In this document: in pieces, positions 10,080 through 20,599 of the stretch
How the letters are laid out: the number at the start of each line of letters is the position of its first letter
Numbering within the stretch: the first letter of the stretch is position 1
Source of the DNA: Pseudomonadota bacterium
Lineage (GTDB): Bacteria; Bdellovibrionota; UBA1018; CAIMNF01
Length of the DNA: 64,000 bases
Assembly: GCA_027488515.1 (NCBI GenBank)
Contig: JAIYBN010000001.1
Span: 192,811-256,810, forward strand
Direction: 5' to 3'
Translations under genes and position numbers: made by a program
The notes under the pieces: model-generated
Databases searched by the model: none
The model's input: only the letters and a program-made list of their open reading frames with translations
Told to the model about the DNA's origin: nothing

Positions 10080-12650
10080 CTAAATCACACCGAGGGAAAA
10101 ATAAAACACGCTGGGCGACTCACCCGGCCGAGGGTGCAACTTGAATCCCCAGTCGAAGTTGACCGGCCCGACGGGCGTCAGATAACGCATCCCGACTCCG
10201 CTTCCGAGCCTCAGGTTACCGAGAGAAAAAGCATCGATCTGGAGGTTACCCGCATCCAAAAACGGACCCACTGCCAGATTGGGGTTTGCGAAAAAATCCA
10301 TTTGAGTCCGGTAGTTTACGTAGCTCAGACTCCCCTGAACCCGACGGTCCGGGTCTTGGGCCTGGACATTGATCTCCTGCTCGGCGAATCCCCGGATGGA
10401 ATTGACCCCCCCGAGGGCGAACTGTTTGATCAACGGGACCGTGATGCGGGGATCCAAAGATCCATCCTGCCGAAGGGGGCTCACGTAGTTTTTGAGCCAC
10501 CCGCCCCGTACGCTCCAGTACCAAACCAGATTCGGGATGAGATTCAGGTAATAATCCGCACGGGCCCGGAACCTACCGTAACTCACCGGAACAGGCTCGG
10601 TCTGGGTACCCAGAAAAGAATCGGCGAATTCAAAAGAGCCTGTGGCGTAGAATCCGCGCTTCGGAGAGTAAGGATCGTCGCGCAAGTCGAGCCTCAAGGT
10701 CGGAGTGATCGAACCGATCGTGATCTGCTGGTTCTGGGTCGCGTCGATCGCATTGAACTGGCGGACCCGCTCGAGTGCGTATCCAAGTGATGCGGAAATC
10801 CTGAGCGGAGAATACAGCATCCGGTCCAGATTCATGTTGAACCCGAAGGTCTCGGCATCGAACTGGATGTACTGACGTTTCTCCGCGCTCAGACTCGGCT
10901 TGAAGGTCGTGGGTCCCAGAAACGCCCAAGGCATCGTGTAGGTGACCTGGGCCGTGTACTCCATGAACCGGTAGATCGTGAGACGCCGGTTCAGGGTCGC
11001 ATCCAGCGCCCAGGTGTGGTTGAGCCCCCAGAGGTTGGAATAGGAGACCCCACCGAAGGCCCGGACCCCGAGATCGTTCCGGAAGCCGATACCGGCCGTG
11101 CTGTTCCCCGGAACCGCTTCCTGGACCGACACTCTCAGGTCGCGCACCAGAGGACGGTCAGGATCGTTACGCGACTCGAGATTGACCTGACTGAAGATTC
11201 CGAGTCGACGGAGGTTGTCCTCGGTGGCCTGGACCTGTGCTTCCCCGAGGGTCTGCCCCGGGCGGACGAGGATTTCACGTTCGATCACCTTGCGGCGGGT
11301 GGAGTCGTTCCCGTAAATCTCGAACTTGCCGAGTGAGTACCTTCCCCCCTCGTCGAATTCGAAACTGAGGTATGCGAACTGGTTTTTTTCGGAGTAGCTC
11401 ACCAGCTGCTGATCGGTTTCGTTGGTGATGAGGAAGTCCATGTACCCGAGGTTCCGGTACTCCTGTTTGATCCGGTCGATACCGTCTTCGAGCTTGGGCA
11501 GGCTCAGTGGCTCGCCTTCCGAGAACCCGAGAAGACTCAGCAACCTGGGCTGATCGATGATCACGTTTCCGCGGAAATCGACGCTCTGGATCCGGGTCTG
11601 GACACCCTCGTTCACAAAACACCGGATCTTGACCCCCGAACCGGCCTCCAACTCTTCCGTCTTGATCGCGATCAACTTGGCGGAAAGGTAACCCCGGTTC
11701 TTCAATTCCTCGATCAATGCGGCGGCGGCCTCATCCACCATTTTTCCGTTGTAGATCCTGGCCCGGATCCGGTCGGACGATACCCGGTAGAAAACATCCG
11801 TGAGCTCACCGTCACTGAAAATCTCGTTCCCTTCGAAATCGAGTGCACGGATCCTCGCGCGGGGTCCCTCCTCGATCTTGAAAATCAGTTTCTTCGGCTC
11901 GTCCCCGGTCGCTTCGAACGTCAACGGGGTGATTTGCACCTGTCTGTATCCGTGGTCGATGTATTCGTTCCGGATCCGGTCGATCAACACCCCCACATAA
12001 TCACGCCCCAAACCGACCGCCCTCTGCGATTCGATGATCGCCATCAGCTCGGCCCGTGAGAAGGCCTCGTTGCCCTGGACGGAAAGGACCACTTTTTGCC
12101 CGAGAAAAACATCGAACCGGACAACAGGGCCCTCGTTGGCAGGTTCGATGACGATGTCGATCACCCTCGAATCGATGAAGTTCTGGGAACCGAGAACCGA
12201 GTCGACGGCCCGCCGCATGTCACGGATACGGTCCCGGTCCAGAGGCTCTCCCGGTTTCCAATCCACCGCCGCCTGTAATCGCCGTAGCAACTCGGGTTGA
12301 ATCTTCCCTTCTTTGGCATCAAAACGGATCAGGGAGATCTTGAGAGGGGCGCCGAGCTTGGCCCGGAAGACCAGATCCGCCTCACCCGAATCTCTGACGA
12401 TCTCGGCGCCCACCCGCGCATCCGGATAGCCCTTCGAAATGAAATATTCGGTCAACTTCAGGCGACTCCGCTCCGCCCGGGACGACTCGTATTCGTCTCC
12501 TGCGTTGATTCCTCCGACCACCTTGGCCTGATCGATCAGCTCGGAAGGCACTCCCTCGAAACGCACCTCGGACACCGGCACGGCGAACGCCGCATCGGCG
12601 ATGAGCAACAATCCCGACAACAGGGTGATCATGGAGCACGCACCCTTCAC
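10080..12650 (-). CDS. bamA: Outer membrane protein assembly factor BamA (Omp85).
   Basis: About 850 aa with a signal peptide, repeated POTRA-like segments and a C-terminal 16-strand barrel region ending in an aromatic-rich terminus (...VFYFSLGVI). Confidence 0.85.
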   Translation of the reverse strand: MKGACSMITLLSGLLLIADAAFAVPVSEVRFEGVPSELIDQAKVVGGINAGDEYESSRAERSRLKLTEYFISKGYPDARVGAEIVRDSGEADLVFRAKLGAPLKISLIRFDAKEGKIQPELLRRLQAAVDWKPGEPLDRDRIRDMRRAVDSVLGSQNFIDSRVIDIVIEPANEGPVVRFDVFLGQKVVLSVQGNEAFSRAELMAIIESQRAVGLGRDYVGVLIDRIRNEYIDHGYRQVQITPLTFEATGDEPKKLIFKIEEGPRARIRALDFEGNEIFSDGELTDVFYRVSSDRIRARIYNGKMVDEAAAALIEELKNRGYLSAKLIAIKTEELEAGSGVKIRCFVNEGVQTRIQSVDFRGNVIIDQPRLLSLLGFSEGEPLSLPKLEDGIDRIKQEYRNLGYMDFLITNETDQQLVSYSEKNQFAYLSFEFDEGGRYSLGKFEIYGNDSTRRKVIEREILVRPGQTLGEAQVQATEDNLRRLGIFSQVNLESRNDPDRPLVRDLRVSVQEAVPGNSTAGIGFRNDLGVRAFGGVSYSNLWGLNHTWALDATLNRRLTIYRFMEYTAQVTYTMPWAFLGPTTFKPSLSAEKRQYIQFDAETFGFNMNLDRMLYSPLRISASLGYALERVRQFNAIDATQNQQITIGSITPTLRLDLRDDPYSPKRGFYATGSFEFADSFLGTQTEPVPVSYGRFRARADYYLNLIPNLVWYWSVRGGWLKNYVSPLRQDGSLDPRITVPLIKQFALGGVNSIRGFAEQEINVQAQDPDRRVQGSLSYVNYRTQMDFFANPNLAVGPFLDAGNLQIDAFSLGNLRLGSGVGMRYLTPVGPVNFDWGFKLHPRPGESPSVFYFSLGVI

Positions 12651-15600
12651 TTGAATCTCCTGTTGAACTTGAGATCGAGTCCGAAGGATGTTCGGGTTTC
12701 ACGCGAGTTCGCTTCTTCGATGTTGTTCCAGACGCCCATCATCGACATGCCGGAGGACACCTTGTATTCCGCGTTGACCTCTCGAAGGCTTCTCGAACCG
12801 ATTCCGACCGTGCTTCCGAATGAAAAGCTGAGGTTACGCCCGAGATTCCGCTTCAGCACCAGCTTGGGTGCGGCGATGTTCTCGGAAAGGTTCTGCGGGC
12901 GGAAAATACTCGCCGCGGTCTGATTGTCGACCGCTTCCTGGACGTCGAACTGGAAGCCGGTCTTTTTCTGGACGTCTTTACTGAAGTCCATCGAGTGAAG
13001 GATCAACGAGGCGGCCTCCCCCTGGTTGACCAGACTCCGGTCACGGAACTGGAAACGTCCGGCATCTCCGGACGCACTTCCTGACGACAGGACTGAAAAA
13101 ATCTCGTTCTCCGGAAGAAACGGTGTACTGCTGAACTCCAGCTTCCACTGTGTGGACTTTCCGGAAGCGAGCACCCGGATCTTGTACTGGTTCACCTCAC
13201 TGATGGCTGTCGCGGTGAAGCGCGGGTTGATCGAGTAAGGGTCGTCGAACACCACCTTGGCGCTCTCGAACACGAAGGGTCTGTCCTTGAAGAGGACCTT
13301 CCCCTGGACCAGTTGTCCCTCACCGAGCAGTTTCGGACTTTCCGGCTCACCGATCAGACGGGCCTTACCCTTGAACTCAGCGTCCAGAATCTCGTTCCGG
13401 ATGAACACCCCTTGAGGAGCGTTGACTCCGAGATCCATCACCCACCAGCCACCCGAGGTCCGCTTCTCAAGGTCCTTCGGCATGAAGCGATCGCCCCGGT
13501 TCCCGACCACCCCGCCCTGCTTGGAAAAGCTCCGGGTCCAAAGCGCATGAACCAGATCGAGCGCCCCGGTGATGAGATAGGGAGGCTCCTTGCCCTTCAG
13601 CAACAAGGTGCCCTTCGCCTGGATCAGATCGAAAGGATCCATCTTGATCTTGTTGTTGTCGAGCTGGGCCCGGAGGTCGAACTCCGGGAATCGATCGGTG
13701 AAGGTGAGGATCCTTCCTCCGAGTGAAACAACCTCCTCACCGAGGAATCCTTCGAGATTTTCGACCAGGATGTTGCCTTGCTGGAGGCGGATGATCCCGT
13801 CCAGATCCTCGACCGGTGACTGGAGTCCACGGATGGACAGCCCTCCGGAAGCGATGGCAAGCTCTCCGTCGAGGCGCAGACTCTTCAAGGGTCCGTGAAT
13901 CCGGATGTCGGGCAGGACCTTTCCTTTTGCCGAGAGGATCATCGGACTCAGAAACTCGGCCAATGCCAGATCCGCCTTGCCCCGTATCCGGACATCGACG
14001 TCGCCTCTGCGACCTTCTCCCTCGACCTCGACCTCGGAATCGTTGAATTTGAACGCCAGTGGGGGGATCTGGAAATATCCGAGCTGGATCGGAACACTGA
14101 ATGGACGGACCAAACGCATGCCCACTCCGGTTTTGGCGAGCTCGTAGCGTTCCACCGACCACTGCCCGCGGGCGAGTTCCGCCTGGGTGCTCAGGAATTC
14201 GAGGGACAACTGCCCGCTCATCACCCCTACCAGCGACAGGTCGTCGAGGAGCTTCGGATTCAGAATCAGCAACAAGGGTGAAAAGTCGAAATCATTGACA
14301 TCGAGACGGATCGAACAGGGCTGCCTCGGGAGAAGTGAGTACTTCACCTGCGCCGCCAACTGGTCGCCGAAAACACCCGCGGATGCACGAAGGGTGTTCT
14401 CGCCGGTCTCGAGGAAGAAGCTCGAGGAGTCGAAACGCTCTCCCTTGATGCGTGTCTCGAAGAAACGCCCCTCGGTCTTCGACTTCAATCGACCCATTTT
14501 CCCGTTGCCGGAGCTCGAGATCTCGACCCTGGACTTCGCGGGGATCTCGAGCCTCTCGAGAAAGTCGATGTCCGTGAAACTGAACCCATCGGTCTTGAAG
14601 TTCCAGGTCATCTCATCCGTGGTGCTTTTGAATTCGACACCTCCTCGAATGGACCCGGATGACTTGATGATGTTCGCTTCACGCGCGTAATAGGTCCCCC
14701 GGTCGTACCCGAGTGACATCTTCACTCTCCTGGCTTTTTCCCCCATCCAGGACCAGTCCGATCCTTCGATCCGGGCGGCGATGAGCATTTCAGGGAGCTG
14801 GACCTTGCCCCCGATCTCAAGATTGCCGTGGACCTCTCCTTTGAGGGAATGCGGGAACCAACTGATTTTGGAAACAAGACTGCCCAACACCTCGGCCAGA
14901 TCCTCGATCCGACCTGAGTGGATTTCAATGGGGAGGTAAAGCTCGTCCGAACCGGACAGATCGATGGATCCTTGCGGAAGTGAGTAATAGGTGTTCTTGT
15001 GGCTGGCTTGTATGCCCGTGAATCGGAGCTCCGACAAGCCGTCGTCGTAGGTCACCCTTCCCTTCAGCTTTCCGAGCTTGAGATCCAGGTACTCGGCGTT
15101 GACGAGTCGGGTGTCGAAATCGAGAATCACCCCGTCGGACTTTCCATGAATGTGCGCTTCGAGCTCCCCTTCGCCCAGAATGCGACTGCCTGCGATCTCA
15201 TGGATCTCTTTCATGTCGACCGGGCCTTTCGCCCTGAAGTCGAAACCGGTGTCACCCCTCACTCCCCCGGTCACCTTGAAACGTGTCTTTTCGATCGAGA
15301 GTCCGAGGTCCTTGAACTCGACACCATCCGGTCCGATCTCGAGTCCACCGTCCAGGCGGATGGGTTTACGGGGTCCGAGGACTCTGACCATCGGCTTCGG
15401 ATGATCGAGTGACTGGTTGGTCAGTTGGAATCCGGCGACTGTGAGTCCCACCTTCGTCTTGAGTTTCCAGTTTTTCCGTTCAGGCTGAAACCGGGCATCG
15501 ATCTTTCCCGTGACCGAGCCCTCCAAGGGAGCCAGCGCCGCAGGGACCGCTCCACCGAGCCAGTGCAGGTCCCCGTTCTCGATCTGTAACCCGACTTCGA

Positions 15601-16813
15601 ACGCCTCTCCGAGAGACAAAGGGATTCTCGAGTGCCCGAGCCGGAGTCTGCCACCTCCACCCGACCCGTTGGCATCGAGCGCTTCGAAGTGGTCGAGTTC
15701 GATCCGGTGGTTCGCGAGATCGACCGTGCCTTTTGCCGAAACCTGATCGGCCCTCATCCGACGCCACTGGATCCCCCGCCCCTCGAGCTCGAATCCCGCT
15801 TTGAGCGTTTTCATGAAATCCGACAATTGTGCCTGAACCGATGAGGTGATCCGGAGCTCGCCGGTCCAATCCTTGGCTCCGAGATTCGAAAGGAAGAAAG
15901 TGGAAAGGTCCGCTTCGGCCCTGACTTTGGCCTGAACCTTGGGTGTGGCCGAAGGATCCAGAAGGTTTCCGTCCACGCGACCCGTCACCTCCAACCGCAC
16001 CCCGGGCAACTCGGCGGAGAATGGCTCGAGTTCGAGCCCGGCGTCGTTCAACCCGAGGTTCCACTTGAGGCTGACCGCCTCACGCACCGGCAGCGGTTTC
16101 CACCCCGAAGGCGCTTGAACCCGGATCGAGTTCACTTCCGCGCGCGAGACGATTCCGTCCCTTCCTCCGACCTTGCCCCTGCCGAGGGACAGATCCTTCA
16201 CGACGAGTTCGGCACCGAGCAAGGCATTCTCATGATCGGGCATCTCGAACTCGACATCGAGCTTGGTATCCACGAAGCGGAATCCGTCGATTTGGAGCTG
16301 GAACAGGTCCTGCCAGTCGAGCTTTCCGCCCGACGCCTTCCGGCTCTTCCCTTTCCAGACCTGGGAATGGATCAAGGCTTTCACCTTCCCTGACCTGACC
16401 TCGACCTCCGAAACGTGCAAGGTCCCGGAGAGCATCTGGATGGGAGCGAACCCCACCCTCAACTCACCCGCCTCGATTTCACCGTCGACCGGCAGTCTCG
16501 AGACGTTTTCTTTCTCGATCCGGATCCGGGGATTGACCACACCGACACCGGGTGGGAACAGATACAATTTCAGATGGGAGAAATCCCCGACGATCCCGAG
16601 CTTTCTGGGAGACCTCTCGGAAATGAGTCGCTTGACGAAGTCCCCGAAGGACTGACTTTGCAGGTAGAGGATCCCTCCGGTTGTGGCAGAGCCCACAATC
16701 AGCGCGAAGCTCAAAAACGCGATGCGGAGTTTTCGGGCCGTGCTCAAAGGAATCTCTGTCGGAATTCGGCGTCCCTGAAGGAGGGCTCTGCCTGGAGCAC
16801 CTTCCCATACCAA
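12647..16813 (-). CDS. tamB: TamB/AsmA-family translocation and assembly module protein (DUF490).
   Basis: 1388 aa with a single N-terminal TM anchor, a long beta-rich repetitive body and a C-terminal DUF490-like end (...GLDLKFNRRFK). Stop abuts the bamA start (4-bp overlap). Confidence 0.75.
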   Translation of the reverse strand: MVWEGAPGRALLQGRRIPTEIPLSTARKLRIAFLSFALIVGSATTGGILYLQSQSFGDFVKRLISERSPRKLGIVGDFSHLKLYLFPPGVGVVNPRIRIEKENVSRLPVDGEIEAGELRVGFAPIQMLSGTLHVSEVEVRSGKVKALIHSQVWKGKSRKASGGKLDWQDLFQLQIDGFRFVDTKLDVEFEMPDHENALLGAELVVKDLSLGRGKVGGRDGIVSRAEVNSIRVQAPSGWKPLPVREAVSLKWNLGLNDAGLELEPFSAELPGVRLEVTGRVDGNLLDPSATPKVQAKVRAEADLSTFFLSNLGAKDWTGELRITSSVQAQLSDFMKTLKAGFELEGRGIQWRRMRADQVSAKGTVDLANHRIELDHFEALDANGSGGGGRLRLGHSRIPLSLGEAFEVGLQIENGDLHWLGGAVPAALAPLEGSVTGKIDARFQPERKNWKLKTKVGLTVAGFQLTNQSLDHPKPMVRVLGPRKPIRLDGGLEIGPDGVEFKDLGLSIEKTRFKVTGGVRGDTGFDFRAKGPVDMKEIHEIAGSRILGEGELEAHIHGKSDGVILDFDTRLVNAEYLDLKLGKLKGRVTYDDGLSELRFTGIQASHKNTYYSLPQGSIDLSGSDELYLPIEIHSGRIEDLAEVLGSLVSKISWFPHSLKGEVHGNLEIGGKVQLPEMLIAARIEGSDWSWMGEKARRVKMSLGYDRGTYYAREANIIKSSGSIRGGVEFKSTTDEMTWNFKTDGFSFTDIDFLERLEIPAKSRVEISSSGNGKMGRLKSKTEGRFFETRIKGERFDSSSFFLETGENTLRASAGVFGDQLAAQVKYSLLPRQPCSIRLDVNDFDFSPLLLILNPKLLDDLSLVGVMSGQLSLEFLSTQAELARGQWSVERYELAKTGVGMRLVRPFSVPIQLGYFQIPPLAFKFNDSEVEVEGEGRRGDVDVRIRGKADLALAEFLSPMILSAKGKVLPDIRIHGPLKSLRLDGELAIASGGLSIRGLQSPVEDLDGIIRLQQGNILVENLEGFLGEEVVSLGGRILTFTDRFPEFDLRAQLDNNKIKMDPFDLIQAKGTLLLKGKEPPYLITGALDLVHALWTRSFSKQGGVVGNRGDRFMPKDLEKRTSGGWWVMDLGVNAPQGVFIRNEILDAEFKGKARLIGEPESPKLLGEGQLVQGKVLFKDRPFVFESAKVVFDDPYSINPRFTATAISEVNQYKIRVLASGKSTQWKLEFSSTPFLPENEIFSVLSSGSASGDAGRFQFRDRSLVNQGEAASLILHSMDFSKDVQKKTGFQFDVQEAVDNQTAASIFRPQNLSENIAAPKLVLKRNLGRNLSFSFGSTVGIGSRSLREVNAEYKVSSGMSMMGVWNNIEEANSRETRTSFGLDLKFNRRFK

Positions 16814-17598
16814 CCTTTGGCGGACGCTGCGTGACCGAGGCTCTCCTCGGCCCGGCCCATCAGGTAATAAAGGCTTGTTTTGTCCTCGTGGAGGAGTTCG
16901 GGATCCGACAACACCGGCTCCAGGACCATCTTCGCATCGAAGGCCTCATTCGAAAGAATCAAGGATTCCGCGAGCAGAGCGGTTGCCGACAGCCCTGTTT
17001 CGCCCAGCACGGACGTCTCCTGCAACACCTGTCGGATGGCGTGTTTCAATTCACGTCCCGCATCCCGAAAGCAGCCCATTTCAAAAAATGCAATTCCGAG
17101 ATCGAGCGACGACCGCGCATCGAGCTCCATGGAATGTTTCCAGATTTCGCTCCCGGCATCCGACACTCCGTCAGAGCCTTCGATCCCGAGATCGGTCTCG
17201 AGCCTCCGGATCACCTCGTCGGGGTCCTCCAGTGCCGTCTTCCCTTGAGTCCGAACCGTGGAGTCGTACAGATGCTCCATCTCGTACTTGGCAATCTGCT
17301 CGAGCAACTCACGCCCTTTGCGGTAGTGAGGACTGTGAAGCAACATCCGGTAAAGGATGCGCTTCGCCTCTTCGAGCAATCCTTCCGAGACGAGAATCTT
17401 CGCGCTCGCAAGATCATCCTCGAGCGAGGGCTTCTCCGGCGCCAGAGACTTCGGCGATGATGCGCTTTCGTCAGTATTTCCAGACACTTTGGACCCGAAC
17501 CCCCATGGATTCAGGATAAGGCCTTCAAGTCCGTTTTTGGAGGAATTCTTCAATAAAGCGTGTTGTATATTTCGACTCGACAAATTCCTGACTTGCAA
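16744..17598 (-). CDS. TPR-repeat protein (start uncertain).
   Basis: C-terminal half shows TPR-like helical repeats (LGIAFFEMGCFRDAGRELKHAIR...; YYLMGRAEESLGHAASAKGWYGKVLQAEP). The ORF overlaps both neighbours, so the true start is probably internal. Confidence 0.5.
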   Translation of the reverse strand: MQVRNLSSRNIQHALLKNSSKNGLEGLILNPWGFGSKVSGNTDESASSPKSLAPEKPSLEDDLASAKILVSEGLLEEAKRILYRMLLHSPHYRKGRELLEQIAKYEMEHLYDSTVRTQGKTALEDPDEVIRRLETDLGIEGSDGVSDAGSEIWKHSMELDARSSLDLGIAFFEMGCFRDAGRELKHAIRQVLQETSVLGETGLSATALLAESLILSNEAFDAKMVLEPVLSDPELLHEDKTSLYYLMGRAEESLGHAASAKGWYGKVLQAEPSFRDAEFRQRFL

Positions 17599-18889
17599 AA
17601 ATCTGACGGTGGACCGGAATCGTGGTTTTCACGCCCTTCACCACGAACTCGTCCAGAGCTTGACGCATTTTTGCAATCGCCTCTTCACGGGTCCGACCGT
17701 GGACGATCAGCTTCGCCAGCAGGGAGTCGTAAAATGGAACCACTTTGTATTCGTCGTAAATGAAAGAATCCACACGGACCCCGAATCCCCCGGGAACGTG
17801 GAGAGCGGTGATCTTTCCGGGACAGGGATGGAAGGTCTCAGGATCTTCCGCATTCACCCGCACCTCGAAGGCATGGCCACGCAGCTGGACCTCATCCTGT
17901 GTGAAACTCAGGCGCTCCCCTGCGGCGATGCGGATCTGCTCCTGGATGAGATCGATTCCGGTCACCATTTCGGTGACAGGGTGTTCAACCTGGATCCGGG
18001 TGTTCATCTCCATGAAGTAAAAGCTACGGTCCTCGTCGACCAGGAACTCGACAGTCCCCACCGACTCGTATGCCACGTCGGCACACAAGGCCAGGGCTGC
18101 AGCTCCCATCCGCTCACGGATCTGCGGTGTCAGAACCGGACTGGGCGCTTCTTCGATCAACTTCTGGTGTCTCCTCTGGATCGAGCAATCGCGCTCGCCC
18201 AAGAACACCCGGTTGCCGTAACGGTCACAGGCCACCTGGATTTCGACGTGTCTCGGCCGTTCACAAAATTTCTCGACATAAAGGGATCCGTCACCGAAAG
18301 CGGCACGGGCCTCCTCGCTGCAACGCTGGAATGAATCCGAAAGGTCTTTCTCGTTCCGGATGATGAAGATCCCGCGACCACCCCCTCCGGCGGCGGCCTT
18401 CAGAATGACCGGATAACCGATCTCACGCGCAGCTTCGACCGCCTCGTCCACTCCCGCCACAGCACTGAGAGTCCCGGGAAGCATCGGCACCCCGGCCTGC
18501 CTCGCGCGGGCGCGCGCGCGGGTCTTTTCACCCATCGCTTCGATATTCTCGGGTGTCGGGCCGATGAAGGTGAGCTTGCATTCCCGGACCAGGCGCGCAA
18601 ACTCCGCATTCTCGGAGAGGAATCCGTATCCGGGATGAATCGCTTCGACTCCGGTGACCTCGGCCGCCGAAAGGATGCTCATCATGTTCAGGTACGACAG
18701 CTTCGGAGCCGGAGGCCCGATACAGATCGCCTCGTCAGCGAGTTTCACATGCAGGGAGCTTTCATCCGCGCTCGAGTAAACTGCGACAGTCTTGATGTCC
18801 AATTCGCGGCAGGCGCGAATGATCCGGAGGGCGATTTCTCCGCGGTTGGCGATCAGGATTTTTTTGAATGGCGGTTTCTTCGCACTCAC
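17525..18889 (-). CDS. accC: Acetyl-CoA carboxylase, biotin carboxylase subunit.
   Basis: FKKILIANRGEIALRIIRACRELDIKTVAVYS plus ATP-grasp and biotin-carboxylase C-terminal motifs. Probable GTG start at 18889 (VSAKKPPFKKIL). Confidence 0.93.
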   Translation of the reverse strand: MSAKKPPFKKILIANRGEIALRIIRACRELDIKTVAVYSSADESSLHVKLADEAICIGPPAPKLSYLNMMSILSAAEVTGVEAIHPGYGFLSENAEFARLVRECKLTFIGPTPENIEAMGEKTRARARARQAGVPMLPGTLSAVAGVDEAVEAAREIGYPVILKAAAGGGGRGIFIIRNEKDLSDSFQRCSEEARAAFGDGSLYVEKFCERPRHVEIQVACDRYGNRVFLGERDCSIQRRHQKLIEEAPSPVLTPQIRERMGAAALALCADVAYESVGTVEFLVDEDRSFYFMEMNTRIQVEHPVTEMVTGIDLIQEQIRIAAGERLSFTQDEVQLRGHAFEVRVNAEDPETFHPCPGKITALHVPGGFGVRVDSFIYDEYKVVPFYDSLLAKLIVHGRTREEAIAKMRQALDEFVVKGVKTTIPVHRQIFASQEFVESKYTTRFIEEFLQKRT

Positions 18890-18902
18890 GGTCCCACCCG
18901 TC

Positions 18903-19340
18903 TCACGCGGTGTCGATGACGAACAACGGCTCACCGAATTCCACGGGTTGCCCGTTTTCAACCAGGACCTGGATGACCCGTCCTGCGAAATCCGCCTCGA
19001 TTTCATTCATGAGCTTCATCGCCTCCACAATGCAGAGCGAGTCTCCGGGAGAAACTCGCTTCCCGACCTCGACATAAGGAGCCGAAGTGGGCGAAGGCGC
19101 CCGGTAGAAGGTGCCGACAAACGGAGACAGGACCTTTTTGTAACTGGGTGGATCGCGCTCCTCGACCGGTGCCGAGGATTGCGCCTGAGGCACTTGGACC
19201 ACGGTCTGGGTGGTCGCTTGTGCGGAAGGCTGGGCGGCATGCCCTGTCTTCAGGACCAGACTGTTCTTGCCGTCAGACCACTCGAACTCGACAATTCCAC
19301 GCTCGCGCATGAAATCGGAAATCGGAGCGAGATCCGCCAT
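18903..19340 (-). CDS. accB: Biotin carboxyl carrier protein of acetyl-CoA carboxylase.
   Basis: C-terminal biotinyl domain [11 protein letters not shown] (biotinyl-lysine AMKL motif), immediately upstream of accC. Start taken at [10 protein letters not shown]. Confidence 0.9.
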   Translation of the reverse strand: MADLAPISDFMRERGIVEFEWSDGKNSLVLKTGHAAQPSAQATTQTVVQVPQAQSSAPVEERDPPSYKKVLSPFVGTFYRAPSPTSAPYVEVGKRVSPGDSLCIVEAMKLMNEIEADFAGRVIQVLVENGQPVEFGEPLFVIDTA

Positions 19341-19395
19341 GGAGAACGGAAGAACACCCCGTGCAGGGGCTTTGTCCCGGGCCGGTGGTGACTTT

Positions 19396-19968
19396 TTATT
19401 TGTTCGCTTTTTCGACATAGGAAGAATCCCGGGTGTCGATCTTCAGGACGTCACCTTCGGAAATGTGGAAAGGAACCTGGACCACCGCTCCGGTTTCCAT
19501 GGTGGCGGGCTTCGACCCACCGGTCACGGTGTCTCCGCGGAAGGAAGGATCGGTCTTGACCACCTTGAGCTCGACAAAAGTCGGCAATTCCACGGTGATC
19601 GGCTTCTCGTTGTAAAACACCACCTGGACTTGCATGTTGTCCTGCATGAACAGGGCGAGCTCACCGATTTGCTCTTCGCTGATGATGGTCTGTTCGAAAT
19701 TTTCAGTGTTCATGAAATTGAAACCGCTGCCGTCCTTGAAAAGGTACTGCATGTCTTTCACTTCCACGTTGGCGGCCGGAATGCGGTCACCCGACTTGAA
19801 GGTCCGCTCGATCACGTTCCCGTTCAAAAGGTTCTTCAACTTGGTCCGGGTGAAGGCACTCCCTTTTCCGGGGCTCACATGCTGGAAATCGACAATCTGA
19901 TAGGGGGTGTTGTCGATGTCGAGCTTGATGTTTTTCCTGAACTCATTGGTAGGGTATACAGATGCCAT
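19396..19968 (-). CDS. efp: Elongation factor P.
   Basis: [28 protein letters not shown] (KPGKG loop). 190 aa. Confidence 0.95.
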   Translation of the reverse strand: MASVYPTNEFRKNIKLDIDNTPYQIVDFQHVSPGKGSAFTRTKLKNLLNGNVIERTFKSGDRIPAANVEVKDMQYLFKDGSGFNFMNTENFEQTIISEEQIGELALFMQDNMQVQVVFYNEKPITVELPTFVELKVVKTDPSFRGDTVTGGSKPATMETGAVVQVPFHISEGDVLKIDTRDSSYVEKANK

Positions 19969-19999
19969 AGATTCTCCGGTTGCCTAGGGGTATCAAGAA

Positions 20000-20599
20000 T
20001 CAGGCTTGTTTCGCAAGCCTAAAGCGCTGGACCCGGACCAGGAGGTCCTGGAGCATCTCGATGCGGGCCATCCATTCCCGTTTCCGGACAGCCGGATCCC
20101 CGGAAATCGCAGTTTCGGCAGGCTTGACTGTGTAACTCTTCAAAGGAATCGGATCTTTTTGCAGGACCAACAGTCCGTCCTCGTAGGCCTGGGATTCGAT
20201 CTCCCGCACCAGCCGGGCCACTTCGCCGTCCTGGGGCATGAAAAAGAGCAGCATCTTGTAGGCCGAGAGCGCGTCCGCCATCCGTCCCAGGATCAAGTAA
20301 CTTTCCGCGAGCAACTTCTGGGCGACCAGATTGTCCGGAGCATCGAGCACGACCGGTTCGAGCTCCTTCACGGTCTCGGCATACTGCCCCTTGTCGAACA
20401 GCGCCCGGGCCAGGGCCACCCGCCCTCCGATGAAGTGGGGGTGAATCCGGAGCCCGTCCCGACAGATCTCGATCGCCTCTTCAAGCAAGCCCGCCTTCCG
20501 GTAGGCCTCGGCCAAAGGAGCGAACACCCTGGACCTCGGATCTTCCTGGTACTTCCTCAGGTAGTGGTAAATCTGCGGAGTTCCACGGACCTGATTCAT
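20000..20599 (-). CDS. Cytoplasmic TPR-repeat protein encoded directly downstream of pilQ.
   Basis: TPR consensus residues (AEAYRKAGLLEEAIEICRDGLRIHPH...ALFDKGQYAETVKEL). No signal peptide. 4-bp overlap with the pilQ stop. Confidence 0.6.
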   Translation of the reverse strand: MNQVRGTPQIYHYLRKYQEDPRSRVFAPLAEAYRKAGLLEEAIEICRDGLRIHPHFIGGRVALARALFDKGQYAETVKELEPVVLDAPDNLVAQKLLAESYLILGRMADALSAYKMLLFFMPQDGEVARLVREIESQAYEDGLLVLQKDPIPLKSYTVKPAETAISGDPAVRKREWMARIEMLQDLLVRVQRFRLAKQA

